Below, piece after piece: positions 11,701 to 26,655 of a DNA stretch of 64,000 nt. How positions within the stretch are numbered: position 1 is the first letter of the stretch; the number at the start of each line of letters is the position of its first letter. A program made the translations under genes and the position numbers. The notes under the pieces are model-generated. The model was given only the letters and a program-made list of their open reading frames with translations. It ran no database searches and was not told where the DNA came from. This stretch comes from Octopus vulgaris (lineage: Eukaryota), in contig OX597814.1 of assembly GCA_951406725.2 (NCBI GenBank), positions 40,300,001 through 40,364,000 of the forward strand, in the 5' to 3' direction.

Positions 11701-13297
11701 GCCATAATCTACATCAAGTGAGATCTCTCTGGCTACAAAGTCAAGAAAAAAGTACTTACTGAAGGTTTTCAGGGAATTAAAAAAAGAGATTTCTTCTTAA
11801 AATGCCAGAGCTCCTGCGCCAGGACAATGCGCCAGACCATAATTCGATCATGGTAACAAACTACTTGAGGGAGATAGTCATCAAAACTGTACTTCATTGC
11901 AGGAGCGGGCTTTTGAAGATGGAAGAGGCTGTGATAAGCGTCATGGACATTTTTACTTAAGGTGAATGTCATGGAGTTTCCATGAAACAGCTGGATTGCT
12001 ACATGTGCACTGTAATTAGATGATCCTCCTTTAAATGAGACTGATGTTTTGTGCTTATTTTAGACTAATAAATATTTCCCCTGATAACTTCACTAAAAAT
12101 AGTCTTGAGACTCCTCTATAAACTTTAGGGACGGACATGCGTTGCAAGGGTTGCGATTCCAGTTGATAATTGTAGAGTTCTCGTTGTCAAATAATCCTAT
12201 TAGTGATCAACTTTGTAAGTGGTGGCGTATAGCTTTATATCACTATTAGACATTCTGTATTCGATTATTCTCTCCTACTAATTATAATGTTCTGCTTTAA
12301 TTCAATCCTTCTACACACTAGAGCATCTACCCTTAATACGCATAGCCCTAGTGATAGACCATGCAATTTTTCAGCATCATTGCACTTGTAAATACATTTT
12401 ATTACGTAGCAAATGCCATGAAGGCTGAGTGAAAAATATTATGCGATCAGAAATTGAGGTATAGAAAATGTTCAACAATGTTTCATACAAAATGTTAGTT
12501 TCGTTATTGAAGAAAGACCTATTGTTCATCGATTTTAGTTAATCGTACAGAATAAAGCCAAGTTTTGTGTATATAAATGAAGATCCTAAATGTAATATAT
12601 CTCCAGCAACAGCTAACTTGCAGATGTCTGCTACTGGCTTGTGAAATTCTACATGGAAAGATATAGTACTTCAGCAGGGATAATCTATTTACAACTGTTT
12701 ATGTCGTAGAAAATCTGAAAATTAGAAATCGACAATACTGTATGCAATCAGGAAGCAAAATTCTTATGAAAAGGATGATACTTCAAACATCAGTAATACA
12801 TTAATTCTTATATGATTGTGCGATTTCAATGTCTAAAGAAATGATATCAAATAAATTATACCGCTAAATCCAATCCAAACACTAATAGTAGGGAAAGAAG
12901 AGAATGCCACCAATTGCCTGTAACTGTGAAGAAAACGACTCCAGTGAACATCATCATTGATATTCAGAACCAAGTGTCACGATAGACTAACAGTAAGAGT
13001 GAAACTAAATAAGACAATGGATCAGAAATTCTGTTTTACTAAACAAAGACAATGGTTGGAATATATCATTCTGATTATCCCGAAACTAACTTCAATTTCA
13101 TGATAACCTTATTTTCTGGAGTACACATCGAAAGTAATATCCAAAATACTAATCTAATACCATAATCATGTTAAAACCTAGTATATCGTACAATAAAATA
13201 AAGCACATTAGAATTAATTAAAACATATAAACACATTTTTAAAATGTATATATACCTTACCGTTTATTAGTCTGTGGAGAAAGAAGGTAATATTAAT

Positions 13298-13383
13298 CAA
13301 CGCTACACGTGTTTCTGTGCTAGTGGTTTGTTTTACCAGGCTATACCCAAAACATAAATCCACCAGTGAGTCCTCAAGTTATT
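13298..13383 (-). ncRNA. Degenerate type I hammerhead motif
   Basis: Minus strand: mutated core UUGAGGA; imperfect long stem II (cuggugga..uguuuu/aaaaca.accacuag); GAAAC-ACGU-GUA with palindrome ACACGUGU. Confidence 0.45.
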
Positions 13384-13595
13384 TTCTTTATATTATTATT
13401 ATTAACGGATTCTACTTGATCATACAAATTCTAAGATATCTTCATTTAAAATAAGAATAAAAATAAATAGTATCTGTATATATAAATTCCATATAAATTT
13501 TTTAACAAAACTTAAAAGATTTTAAAAATTAAAAAAACTAAAATCTTTAAAACTCGTAACAATTTAATAAAATGAAACACCTAAAATTATAGTAA

Positions 13596-13659
<64 letters not shown>

Positions 13660-16600
13660 CGCTAAGCATAAATAAACCCTCATCGACTATTTTATAACCA
13701 CGTCGAATTGAACCGCTATCTATAGAAATTTTACGGGAATTGATAATTTATCATGAAATTTACCCGTATCAAAACAAGTATATATTACTATGATTATGTC
13801 AACCGTAAGTTAATATTTTAAATGTAAAAAAACCTCTGTATATGTTATAAATTTATTGAATAAAACTAGTAAACGAAGCTATTTCCTACAATTAATAAAG
13901 GAAGAATACTTATCTGCATGTTTATTCCTCCTTTAACCTGTGAAAATGCCTGCACCTTCTGTCCTTCGCTAAGTTTTAAGGGAATAAAAAACACTAATCT
14001 AAAACAATTCTTTAAGACTAATATCATGTAAGAGTTTGAATTCAAAGGGAGATAATAAATAGATAATCTTATCTTTAGTTATAATTGTATTTTTCTAGTG
14101 TTAAAAATTTAGAGATTGGTTTTATTTAACATGTGACCTGTCTAAACATTTTCCAGATAATGTTCTTTACATTTATTCTTGGTTTTATGTATATCCTCAT
14201 CTAATAATGTTATATTGCTCTTTTAAGACTACATTGAATCATCTTCCTCATAATTGTTTAAGATTATATAGTGGGCGTATCTTTTCATATATTTTTCAAT
14301 TTATGATACGTAAAGCTATTTTTGTATCGGCATTTTATTCCCCTCACTTCTGTATTGTTCAGTAATACTCCTTTCGACTGGAGTAATTTCATAAACTCAA
14401 TGGCGCATAACAAGTACATTTTATTACTTATTCTATATGACTTCGTTGTGGGTGTGAGCTTTGCTCTGTGGATATATATGAGATTTTTAAGTATAGAGTC
14501 AAGAACAGCCAGATTAATTATAAATTAAACCCAAGAGTATCATTCATACATTGCATCTACTGAACATTTAAGGATTCTCGTAAGTCACAATATAGTTATC
14601 ATATTTGAACTTTGATGGTGGGAATTAATTTTGCTGTCGTATCCGTTATAGTCTTACCATCCATTATAAAATATAAAGATTATGAGATATTATGTTATAT
14701 TGTGGATTATATTACATTACGTATGTTATGTGCTATTTGTTGTGTTATATAGTGCGCTATATATAATATTATCCCATGATAAGCCTTGCCTATTTAGTCT
14801 GACTTCATCTTATTTTCGTGATTACACTATTTTCCTTTCTATGATGTTCTACTCTACTCATCATGTTATGTATACTCGTAGTGAATTTATGAATGTCCCC
14901 GTTTGAGTGTATCATATGCTCCCTGGAAACTACAAAAATATACATACAATAACACCTGTAATGTTAGAAGTAAGAAAACCTCCTCCGTTTGAATACTTAC
15001 CTCACTAATTGTGTACCAATTACCCCTCTTTCCAAGTTACCTTTATCTTTTTAGTGTGTCTAATTTTAACCCCCTGTCTCTTTGTGTATAGGTTATATAT
15101 ATATATATATATATATATTTCTTATTATTTCCTACAAATTCTTATTATGTTGTTTTCTTAATTTGATGCCCTTACTTATTAAACCCTTGTCCTTTATAAA
15201 TTGTTATTTTTCTTGTTCTTATATTGATATTTTTCAGTTATTTAGTTCTACGCAAGATACTTTTACATTACTCATATAAGCGTATAAATATTTGTGTGTA
15301 TATATTTACGCATATATGGACATATATATGTGCATGTTTGTGTGTATAAAAAAACCTCGTTTGCATATGTATTTATATGTATTTTTTTCACTTTACACGT
15401 ACTTATATTAGCACATATTTTTCGATTATTTATATTTTTATACATTAGATTTTATACTTTTTGTTTAAATATATCCATGTATTACCATTATCTCAATATC
15501 CAGTTTCTGATTCATGGCTTAAAATTAATAGATACTATGTATCTCTTTCCAGATTTTCCATAAGCGCCTTGAGCGGTCTTTATAGAAACCATCTAATAAC
15601 TAATTAATGAAGCACAAGAATGGCTATTAAGCTGATTCTACATAATCTCCCCTTTTTATGTTTATGATTCATATATACACACCTTGTTGTTATTTTGGAA
15701 TTTTAAAATGTTATTTTTATTCTGCATAACAATATTGTTTATAAACGTTCCCCTATAGTTCCCCTGTATTAGAATCTTAAGTTTCTAATGTCTTGTCCCT
15801 TTAACTGGTAAATTGCTTCATGAGTTAAAATATACGCCTACCCTACTCCTTTTTTTATAAACAGTTACTTCTATGAAATAGACTTTTCCTAATGTCTTAT
15901 TTCCAATCTCTTGGAGAAAAGGGATACCTATTATAATATTTATGACCATACCTAGCTTTCAGCTATCAACTCACTCTTCTTTATTTAAAATAAACACAAA
16001 CCTCTAGTCTCAGATTTAATATATGATGAAGGGATAAAAAAAATTAGAAAAGAATTACATCCCTTACGGTTCAAAGATCCCACTATGCTCCATGCAGCTG
16101 TAACATATTGTAGTCTATTATTAGCCCAATTTCTACAATACTGACAACATGAATTTCTTCCGTGTCTTACTTGTTAAACATTTCTGTATTTTATGCAGCT
16201 GAATACACAGCATTCAAATGGATGTAGTGATTGCATTCTTAAATTAAATAGAGTCACTTGAAACAGCCATAGTGCATTACTACTTGATATCATGTTGCTT
16301 ATTTTAATTTTATTCAACTTATTTAGAGCTTTGCGGATATTACCGGATTGACTTGGGGCTTCAACTTAAGTACCTATTTCAATTGAGTCTTAATTATTTC
16401 TATACAAGTATATACATATGTATATGTATATATATATATGTGTGTGTGTATGTGTGTGTGTGTGTGTGTGTGCTTGTGTGTGTGTGTGTGTGTACACATA
16501 CACACATAAATAGAAGGACAGTCAGATAGATAGGCAAGTAGATGAATTATCGCAGAATTTCCTCGGAAAAGAGAAATGATATTGTTGGAGAAATAGCAGT

Positions 16601-18699
16601 AAACATTTTAAATTATCACAACATTACATTTGAATTATTGTCTCTTTTAATATAATTTAACTTGGCAGCATTTTCTAATCATTTTACTTTATTAAATATT
16701 TATGAATGATTGTCTTATTTTACCGTTTTATTCATTGAACAGATGTTCAGAATCATTTTGTGTTACATTATTTCTTGTATCAATCTTGGTTTACTTCTGT
16801 GGTATTATCATTAAAATATATTGACGTTGTAAGGCAAACCTCTGAGTGTTTATGTGAGTAACTGTGTGAGTGCGTGTGCGTGTGTGATTTGTTTAAAGCT
16901 AGATATAATAGGATCTCAGCGTTGTGTTCGCGGATCGCTTTCCGGAGGAGATCTTATTTATTACATTTGCACAAGGTGAAATAATGCTTTGTAGAATGTT
17001 CGAATATTCATTAAGGTAACTTGCTTCTTTGTCTCCAAAGAAGGATATTTAACTGAATATATATAGTAGAATTTGTTTTGGGGTTTAAAATTTCACCTTG
17101 TCTGAAACATGTGTACTCATTTTTGAATAGATTTATTCATAGACCTAAACGTTTTCGACAATTTCTTGCTTATCAATGATACACATTTTCGTATTTCCAC
17201 GAAAACGACCACAGACAATAGATATAATTCGAAAAATTCATGTGACAGGCATCCAAAAGATTCTAAATTCCAACTCAATATTACCATGTTATAACACCAA
17301 AGACCTTTTCAAACACCAGTTGCTTATTTCTCCGACAAAGCGAATTAATTATTTTTTTTCCGATCTGAACGAGAGCTTCAGAAAAATTAACAAACAGTGA
17401 GTTCTTAAGGGGACCAACAAACCGGAAAGGTAGATGACCATGAGGCAAAAAGTAATTACCCAGCCCCTACGTGGAAGACAACCAAGCAGAAAACTGAACT
17501 TGAACAAAGCAAAAATTGGCTGTACGAAACAGAAATATTCTCGGTTAAAATAAGATAACGTCATGAAACCTAGAGCGAAACAGAAGATATTCCTTGACAA
17601 TGGTTGTCGCCAGGAATAAGACCATTTAGTCGCACTTCGTCTTTTGTTTGTTAATTACTAAATTACTAATTAATGAATGGGTATATTGCTAATGAACTTT
17701 GCAGCACAAATATGAACTTTAACGAAGTTTTGTTGTCTGAGTCATTCTGTGTCTCTTCGTTGAAAAATAGAGCAACTGCGTGTCATTTGGTTCAAGAGGG
17801 TAAATATTTGGTTTGGAAGTCGGCTTGTCTCAGATTTATATTTTTGTCTAGTAACATTATATTTAATGCGTTATAGTGAGCTTAAGAGGACAATAACCCG
17901 AATACACGATAGCTGTATACTATATTTTATTGTTTAATTCAAACAAATTTTTACTAGTAAAATAGCCTATGACACATATGTATAACAAATGATTGGGAAT
18001 GTATTACTAAATCACAGTAGGCTGTATATCCCTTAAAGAATCATAACATCTAAGATGTTGGAAAAGTTTTGATGCGAAATTAAAAAGCTCAACGTAATCT
18101 AAAATATATTCAAAGATTATGGATACAATTGATCTATAACCAATAACGGACGATACTGTAGGCACACTGATATTGTAAGAAATATAGCAAGAAATAAATG
18201 TAAGTGGTAGGTTAATAAATTTTTTGTGAAAATATTTATATCAGAATCAAGGAATTTTCAAACCAATATTTACAAGCTATATGAGCATCAGTACTATACG
18301 ATTCGCCATTCGCCTTCAATGTTATACATGGTTCTCTATACTATCATAGCTCTTGAAATTGATTCATATCTGTCTTACATATTCATAAATAACAATTTCA
18401 TTTTGGGAATTGCGAATGTCATTTACCTTAATTTCATTGATACAGACTTACACTAAGTCTGATTTACAGTTCCTTTATGTGTACGTGCATGAAAGTGTGT
18501 GCAGGTGTTTGAGATTGTGTGTCTGGTTCGTTTGTTTCCAGTAACACACGCTCACACACGCACACACGCACACACATGCATGTACACGCACTGACTCGCA
18601 CACACACACACCGCGCGCACACACACACAAGCATACGCACACGCAAATGTCAGACTTTGTCTACGAATCAAGGCTTAAGTATTTCTGCATACATCCATA

Positions 18700-19900
18700 C
18701 AAGGTGTCACAAAAACATATATACACACTTTAGCAGCTGATAACGCAATTGTCTTTTTCGTTCCAGATTAAACACACAGGAAGAAAGGACATTTTTTTCT
18801 AAAATGCTACAGGAAGTATGAAAACGCAGTTGAAGCGCAAAGACAGTTTAGGAAGGAGTTTCAAACATATCTACTAACACGATATACTATCACTTTAATT
18901 GGAGATAAGTTTGAAGCCGAGAGAAATCTTCAGACTGTCCACGAAAAGCCTTCCGGAAGAACACAGACATCTATAACACCAACAAGGATTGCAAGAAACG
19001 TATCACCAAAGTCCAAGAAAATGCCTGCGGCAAGCGAGCCGTGAGGTGGGTATTTCAAAATCGCCTGACCAACGCATTTTAAAGCGGTGCCAATAGAAAA
19101 GCTACGTTCCAAGATTAGTCCATGCTATCAATGACCAGGATCCAGACTGACGAGTGCAGTGTTGCGAGTCTTACTTGGCATAATGTGTAGAGTATACACT
19201 CTTGCCAACAAAGATTTTGTGGGGTGATGAGGCCACATTCAAATTAAATGGTTCAATTAACCTCCAAAATTTCACCTACTAGTGGTAGGTGGCCTGAGAA
19301 TCCGCATGTTATGGTGGAAAACTATATTAATTTACCAGGCGTAACAGTGTGGTGTGGATTATCGTCAAGAGGTTTAATTGGATCGTTCTGTTTTGACACT
19401 ACTGTGACTACTGTGACTAGAACCGTTTACTTGGACTTGCTGTAACAGTGTGTCATGCCAAGATTTAGAGAAGACTTTGAAGATGAGGAGTTTTATTTTC
19501 AGCATGATCGAGCATCACCACATTACCATCGATATGTTAGATCCTTCTTGAGGAGATCTTGACAAGCTGGTGAATTGGACGAAGGGGTTTCATTGAAGAC
19601 ACACCCTACGTTCACCAGACCTCTGACAACTACTCTACTTTTCTTTTATGGGGTTCTACGTTATGAAACCTGCTATAGTCGTTGGTTTTAGATCAGTCAT
19701 TGAACGAGAATGCACCGAAATATCAAATGAATTAATTTGTGATTTTTGCGATTCTACTGCTTCGCGTTGTCAGCAGTGCCTGGACCAGAACTGACGTCAG
19801 TTTGAAAACAGGTGTTGACAAAACAATAAAGAGATGTTTGTAGTTTGTATTAAGTTTTGAAAATGAAATGTACTTTAATAAACAGCTACTTTACAATTAT
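18700..19900 (+). mobile_element. Tc1/mariner-superfamily DD41D (rosa-like) transposon relic
   Basis: Left end TA|CAAGGTGTCAC. YRKYENAVEAQRQFRKEF...DKFEAE HTH; [14 protein letters not shown]; ENPHV...[14 protein letters not shown]; FYFQHDRASPHYHRYVRSFL; IGRRG; RSPDL. Many stops and frameshifts; right TIR not identified. Confidence 0.85.
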
Positions 19901-21597
19901 TTAAAATGTATGTTCGTGATTGAACTTATAATATGTGCAAGCATGGTTCCAGAGATGGTTGCAAGGTGGTTGATTGTGACTCTGACAAAAATTTCCGAAG
20001 TATAATTTCGCTTAGCTGCATCCAAGTCTTTTGCATTTACTGTAACTGTCGTCCCACGTCTCATTGCCCTTTTTTATGTAATTATGCTTTTTGTGGGCAC
20101 ATACAATTTACATACAATATGGTCACAATCAAATGTCTCTCTTCACGTCGTGATATTGATGGACATTGATTTGCTAGATGGAACAGCTAAACTGTCTTTG
20201 CACTTCAACTGCACTCTAACACTTTCTGTAGCATTTTAGAATGAATTTCCCATGTTCAAAACTCCGAAATATAACACACTGCGCTCTTAAGAAATGGCAG
20301 ATAACGCATGAGTTATTGTAAGTCTTGTATACCTCTACAACAACTGATTATTGTCCAAGATTTTATTTATCTTACATTTGAGCTGACATAGACAACTTAG
20401 AAGCTAAACAGCATCAACTATAACGTCATTTGAAAGTTAAATATGCCAAAACACTGAAGCAATTTATTGTTCATTCTTTAAAAATATTATTCAGTTTCTT
20501 CGAGTTATGCAGCTGCTGTGCACCCTTTCAATGAAGTTATAGAAGCAAGTAACAAGGAATGAACAGGTTGAGACTTCGGAATAGGATGGTGAAAGATGCT
20601 GAGCTTTTTGTTCTCTATTTCAAGTACATGAACATTCATCCAAACATTCACACATGCGTGCATGCATACACATACTTATACACACAAAACTGTATATGTG
20701 TGTATGTATTGTTTGTGTATGTATGTGTGTGTATGTGTGAGTGTGTGTGTGTGTGAATGTATATACATAAATACAAGTTATATATTACTGTTAATCTGCA
20801 TGCTTTTGTTGATCAAACAACAGGCTGATGATGTATCAGATAGAAGATATATCATTAGCAAAATTCCGAAATAAGGTGCTAGAGCGAATATCCAAATGTG
20901 GATATATATGTGTGATAAGTTATCCCTATAATAAGAGTTAACCTGGGAAGCGGTAAGGAAATACAAAACAATTCATGTCTTGGAAAATTTGAAAACATGT
21001 CGGAAATAGCACAACCGTTATAATAAATTTTGCTTATCAAAAATGCAATATTAGAATTATCATTAATGTTGACGTCATTATTATTGCTGTTGTTCTTTTT
21101 GTTGTTGTGGCTGTTGTTGTTTCAAAGCTGACAGCATGTTGCACTTAATTATTTAAACATTATCTACTTGGATTTTCTTAAACCATTTTCAATGTTTTGT
21201 CCATTAGTTCCTGAGAAACTTATTCAATATTCATTAAAATAATGGCGCCAATGAAGAATTATTGCAGAAAACAAAAATGACATTATTTTATACTAGTCCG
21301 CCCATATGTTAAATATCTATTATTTGCTCAAAACATATCAATTATTTAACGAGGAACATTAAAATAACAAGAGAGCTAAAAACAACATTTAGTATTATAA
21401 AAGTATTTCATCCTCTCAGCTTCATAAATATTTCCGTATTGAGCGAAACCATTACGAAAAAATAGACTATTCATATATTACATACTTTACATAACATTAG
21501 TAATAAAATTATGTCGCTATATTCTGTTCTTTTATCATCGCTAGCATTAACACCACCATAAACAATATGAACATCATAATCAACGTCGGCGTATTCG

Positions 21598-21651
<54 letters not shown>

Positions 21652-21815
21652 ACATCATCATCGTCGTCATTATCTTCCTCATCGTCAAGATCATCATCGT
21701 CGTCGTCATCATCATCATCATCAGTACCAGCAGCATCTGTAGCATATTCTTCTTCTCTTTCTTATCCTCCTTCTCCTTCTCCCTCTTCTTCTTTTTCTTC
21801 TTCTTCTTCACCACC
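21598..21815. repeat. (CAT/CGT)n-(CTT)n compound microsatellite
   Basis: Direct reading. Confidence 0.95.
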
Positions 21816-22614
21816 TTATTTTTTCTTCTTCTAATTTAAAATAGAGAATAACTAATGAAAATATTTTCAAAAAGAAAGAAGAAAAATCTATCAAGCTGTC
21901 TAGGCTGTCTACTAATGGACAGCCGAACTGCGCCGCCAGAAAAAAAACAGCAGCAGTAAATTTGACCACCGGGTAAGCAGTGAAAGACAACAGGATAATG
22001 TGTAGTATAGTAAGAGGACATCTCGAAATAAGCAACTGGAAGAATGCAAGCGTAAAACGATAGATACCCTAGCACCAAATAATTATGCCGCAATACACGC
22101 AAATATAAAACAGATACGGGTATGTTCAAGAAAAAGAAGGGAGACAGAAACATATTGAAAGAAAGTCTCATGGAGAGGATTTTTACAATTCTTTCTAAGT
22201 TCCTGTAATGGCTACATATGTACACTGAACAGGCTAACGTAAAGAATATGCAGATGAACGACATACCATAGGCCATCCCAACATCAGATAGACATAAGTA
22301 GAGTCTACCAATACAGTTCCACTCAAAACTTTGTTATGTAACTAAACATGCTAAAATATATTAGAGCTAGATCTAGAAAGAAAAACGGTTATCTTGACTA
22401 TAATATCAGATTATTAGATATAATGCTAAGAAGGCCGAATATAACTGAATTCATTTATGCTCTTTCTCGAGTATTACGATGTCTACGCCTATATGGTTCG
22501 TCATCATCGGATCAGAACGGTGCCTGATGCAAAAGAAGGAAGCAATTTTTTGAGGATCCTACCTAGTGAAAAGCAGATAATATACATTTGATAACACATT
22601 TTCAGCAATGGTAC

Positions 22615-22775
22615 TGGTGTTGCTGTGTGATAAGAAATTTACTTCCTAGTCACATGGTGCTGAATCCAGTCCCAATGTGTCAAGTGCTTTCTACAATAGC
22701 CCCAGGCAGATTAAAGCCTTGAAAGTAGATTTCGTAGGCGGAAACTGAAAAAATCCTGTCATATGTGTGCATGTG
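22615..22775 (+). mobile_element. tRNA-derived SINE, family 1, 5' half
   Basis: gctgtgtgataagaa...cacatgg...cagtccca...caagtg...atagcccc...cggaaactgaaa matches the head of 30012-30404. Confidence 0.75.
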
Positions 22776-23689
22776 TATCGCATTTACTTTTCGTGTCTTA
22801 TAAAACAGCGATCTTGCAATTCAATGTGCCTGTGTATAATTTAATTTCGGGCGTTGTATCGTCGTTGTTGCTAACTCAGAATGGCCGGAAACTATACCAA
22901 CAATATTAACGAACAACTGCAGAAAATACTCTGGAGATCCATCGTCCAAAACCGCTGACAGATATTCACGGAGTGGACAATTACAGTGAATTGTTTTGTT
23001 TCATTAGTACTTAGTATCATATATCAATATAAGATATGCATAGGTAGTCAGCAGATAACATGTATTACAAAAGACGTTGCAACCGATAAACTAGCGGCGA
23101 AGAGAGTGCTCATCCTATTTTATTTAATTAAAATACAAATGAACTATTGCTGGCCTTATAGTCTTCAACACAAAAACCATTTCTGAACAGACAAGTTCAG
23201 AAATACTGTGCATTCTGATGCAGAGGCAAGCGTTAAATCTGAGAGATCTGTAGAATTGATGGATGGTAAATGAGTGAATGGGTAAAGAGATGAGATACTT
23301 GATTTCCCACGGCTCTTAATTTAAACATCTCAGAGAAGCTCTATGTATTGACGAGGATATAAAAAAAAACTTACACTGTCCTAATTGTGTCCTGGGGAAT
23401 GCAAACAATATGTAATCTGGTTGTAATATTTAGAGCCACTAACACTTATAAACAAAATATGCACTGAACTGAGGTAAATGATTTAAATCTTGAGTGCTAT
23501 GTTTATCAACTTAGTAATCTATGTTGAAGAGGGTGAAACGTAATCGTAAGTCGTCACGCTGGAACGGAATATAATTTGTGAAATGTTTCGTTAGTGGACA
23601 CATGTTTCTCATTTCCACAATTATAGTACCAGGGAAAAAAAAGCAACATGTACAGGTTGCCATAATTTTCATGAAGAAAATATAAAGTA

Positions 23690-23693
23690 TGAC

Positions 23694-23778
<85 letters not shown>

Positions 23779-23801
23779 GTTATTATTATTATTATTATTA
23801 C

Positions 23802-23873
<72 letters not shown>

Positions 23874-23955
23874 CATTATTATTATTATTGTTATTATTAT
23901 TATTATCATTATTATTATTATTGTTATTATCATTATTAATATTATTATTATTATT
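23690..23955. repeat. (ATT)n microsatellite
   Basis: Direct reading. Confidence 0.98.
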
Positions 23956-23999
23956 TGAGACGTCACGCATTATCCATCATCGTGATGTTGTTGATTGAA

Positions 24000-24470
24000 C
24001 ATAGTGTGTCTCCCAGGGGTTTGTAGTGTTTTTTCAAGTAACATGGAGCTGAGAAGGTCAGTGGGTTACGCAATATGCGGGCAGTTTCAAGTAATACCAA
24101 TTTTTGCAATATACCTTGTTTATAGGGTATTTATAAAGTTTCCAGATGCTTTTATTTCCTTTTTTTCAGATTAGGTGGTACTGAACACAATACTCCGATG
24201 ACAATAGGAACGACAAACTATGCTTAACTTCCGTAGCTGCCACAACTGAACGATCTTAGATCTCAAGTCTCCATATTTATCAATCTTTTCTATTTCTTTC
24301 GTGATAATATGTTGATCTCCTGGCACTGCCATGTTGATTATTTGGTACATTTGTTTGTCCCGCGTAAAGGTTACTTTGTCTGGCCTTCGGTGCTTCAACA
24401 GATTGTCTGTCTGGAGGTCTGGGGATTATTATTTTTTCCCCTTTACCACATACATTGTTGGATCTCCTGG
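24000..24470 (-). mobile_element. R4/Dong-like RLE retrotransposon 3' end
   Basis: QTDNLLKHRRPDK...IINMAVPGDQHIITKEIEKIDKYGDLRSKIVQLWQL; PIVIGVL; LQKLVLLETARILR. Followed 3' by (AAT)n on the element strand. Confidence 0.9.
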
Positions 24471-24597
24471 AGTCTTGCATGCTTAGCGGATTTGCTACAT
24501 GTATCCTACTTAAGTAGACACATATTTCTCTTTTCCACAAGTATAGTACCAAAGAATGAAAGATGTCTTGGTTGCCGTAATTTTTATGAAAATAATT

Positions 24598-24746
24598 CAA
24601 TAATAATAATAATAATGATGATGATGTCAACGACGACGACGATGATGATGATGATGATGATGACGACGACGATGATGAGTATTATTATTATCATTATTAT
24701 TAGTAGTAGTATTAGTGGTGGTGGTGGTGGTAGTAATAGTAGTAGT

Positions 24747-24841
<95 letters not shown>

Positions 24842-24843
24842 CA
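24598..24843. repeat. (AAT)(GAT)(GAC)(ATT)(AGT)(GGT)(AGC) compound microsatellite
   Basis: Direct reading. Confidence 0.95.
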
Positions 24844-25320
24844 TTTGTCTGAAGTGTTTCAATTTAATATCTGGCCTATTCGCAACTGTCTTTCTGTCAG
24901 TTTGAATGATTAAGTTCCAGAGGAGCGAGATGTGATCATTTTCAAGTACTGCAGGTGGTTTTTTGGTTCCCACCAGATTTTATCATGGGGAAGGTCGAAG
25001 CATTTGCAAGTTACCCAGTGCTGCTATATCAGACCTGTTGAGATACAGAGTATCTCAACAGAAGACTGCATATGGAGAGAACATGATCAATGGTTTCATT
25101 TGGTTGTTGACATACATGACATCTTTGGCAGCTGCCGTTCTTTAATACGTTGGCCTGATAGTTTCTTGTAGGTAGGCATTAATCTTCGGCTGCTATGATA
25201 TACCCTTCTGTTTCTGAATTCACTTCGATATTCCTTAGCCTGTTTTGTTACAGAATATGATGAGTTCTTGTTTTCAGTCCTTGAAACAAATTTTTCAGGT
25301 ATGCCAATTGTGACATTCTT
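24844..25320 (-). mobile_element. R4/Dong-like RLE retrotransposon fragment
   Basis: NETIDHVLSIC zinc-knuckle remnant; HWVTCKCFDLPHDKIW; PPAVLENDHISLLWNLIIQTDRKTVANRPDI. Confidence 0.85.
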
Positions 25321-25324
25321 CATT

Positions 25325-25487
25325 GCTATTGTTGTTGTTGCTGTTGCTGCTGCTGTTGTTGTTGTTGTTGTTGTTGTTCTTCTTCTTCTTCTTCTTCTTC
25401 TTCTTCTTCGTCTTCTTCTTCTTCTTCTTCGTCTTCTTCTTCTTCTTCTTCGTCTTCTTCTTCTCCTTCTTCGTCTTCTTCTTCTTC

Positions 25488-25527
<40 letters not shown>

Positions 25528-25652
25528 CATTATTATTATTATTATAATTATTATTATTATTATCATAGTTTTTATCATTACCCTTATCATCATCATCATC
25601 ATCATCATCTTCATCATGATCATCGTCACCATCATCGTCATCATCATCGTCG

Positions 25653-25690
<38 letters not shown>

Positions 25691-25717
25691 GTAATCATCA
25701 TCATTATTATTATTATT
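25325..25717. repeat. (GTT)(GCT)(CTT)(ATT)(CAT) compound microsatellite
   Basis: Direct reading. Confidence 0.98.
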
Positions 25718-26655
25718 CGACATTTGTAATTTTCAGATAGATTTCTACTGCACCATATGCTACATCTCCTGTTAGGGTGGTGCAAATTCTTCCCGGCATT
25801 GTATTGCATTAATTTGTTGTGTCTTGTGGTCTCGTTGCAAGCTTCCATAATCACTATAAGTACAGAAGTAATATCAACGGACCATAACTTGTAAGTTGAA
25901 TGATGTTACAGCTTTTCTTTGTAAAGAGAGCCTAAAATAAATTAAAACACACAGGTTCGCTCTAAAAGACAAACTCGATGAAACGATTCATGATCAATTG
26001 CCACATGGAGACAACAGGTGTTGATGCACTGGGTGTGATCATCGGCAGTGGGTGCAGAGAGCATGTTGCACACTATGGTTCATTTTGAAATTTCAAGAAA
26101 TACCTTTTGTTAGTGCCTCAAAACCCCGCCTAAATTATAAATCTGAGAGGTTTGATGTGTGAATACAACTATTAGATTAAAAGATTATTGCCGAGATTTA
26201 CTTTGCAGAAATCTCATATTCTTTGTTCAGCAGGATAGTTAGCTGGTTTGTATAATCTTTTGTGATATTTTCATTTGATAACCCTTATTTCTTTTCGCAG
26301 AAATACATAGTAAAATAATTCATTTGAATGCTGAGAGGATGGATTTCTATTGACAATTCTGTAGAGCAATCACAGGTAGTACACGTGTAACAGTAATAGC
26401 ATTTAAACATTTTCTCATAAGAAAAAAAAAATGCGGACAGTTTGTCACTAATTTCAAGCAGAAGATATCAATAATTAGAGAGAAGGCAATAAATATAATA
26501 ATTAGGGAGAATATCATCTCTGAGGAAATGAAACGTCGGAATCGAAAATATGCAAATTATGCTGTACACTAAGGTAACAAATTAAATTTTACAAGCGCTA
26601 TATCTAGCAACTTCTATGCTGAAGAAACAGGATCTAAGTCGTATTTCGTCACGAC

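Noticed and set aside
16911-17015. Possible exon (DLSVVFADRFPEEILFITFAQG) ending at a GT donor
   Set aside because: No pyrimidine tract at the acceptor, no recognisable domain, no partner exons.
23511-25854. ORFs up to 252 aa with poly-I/N/S/L/R tracts
   Set aside because: Stop-free microsatellite frames fused to retrotransposon scraps.
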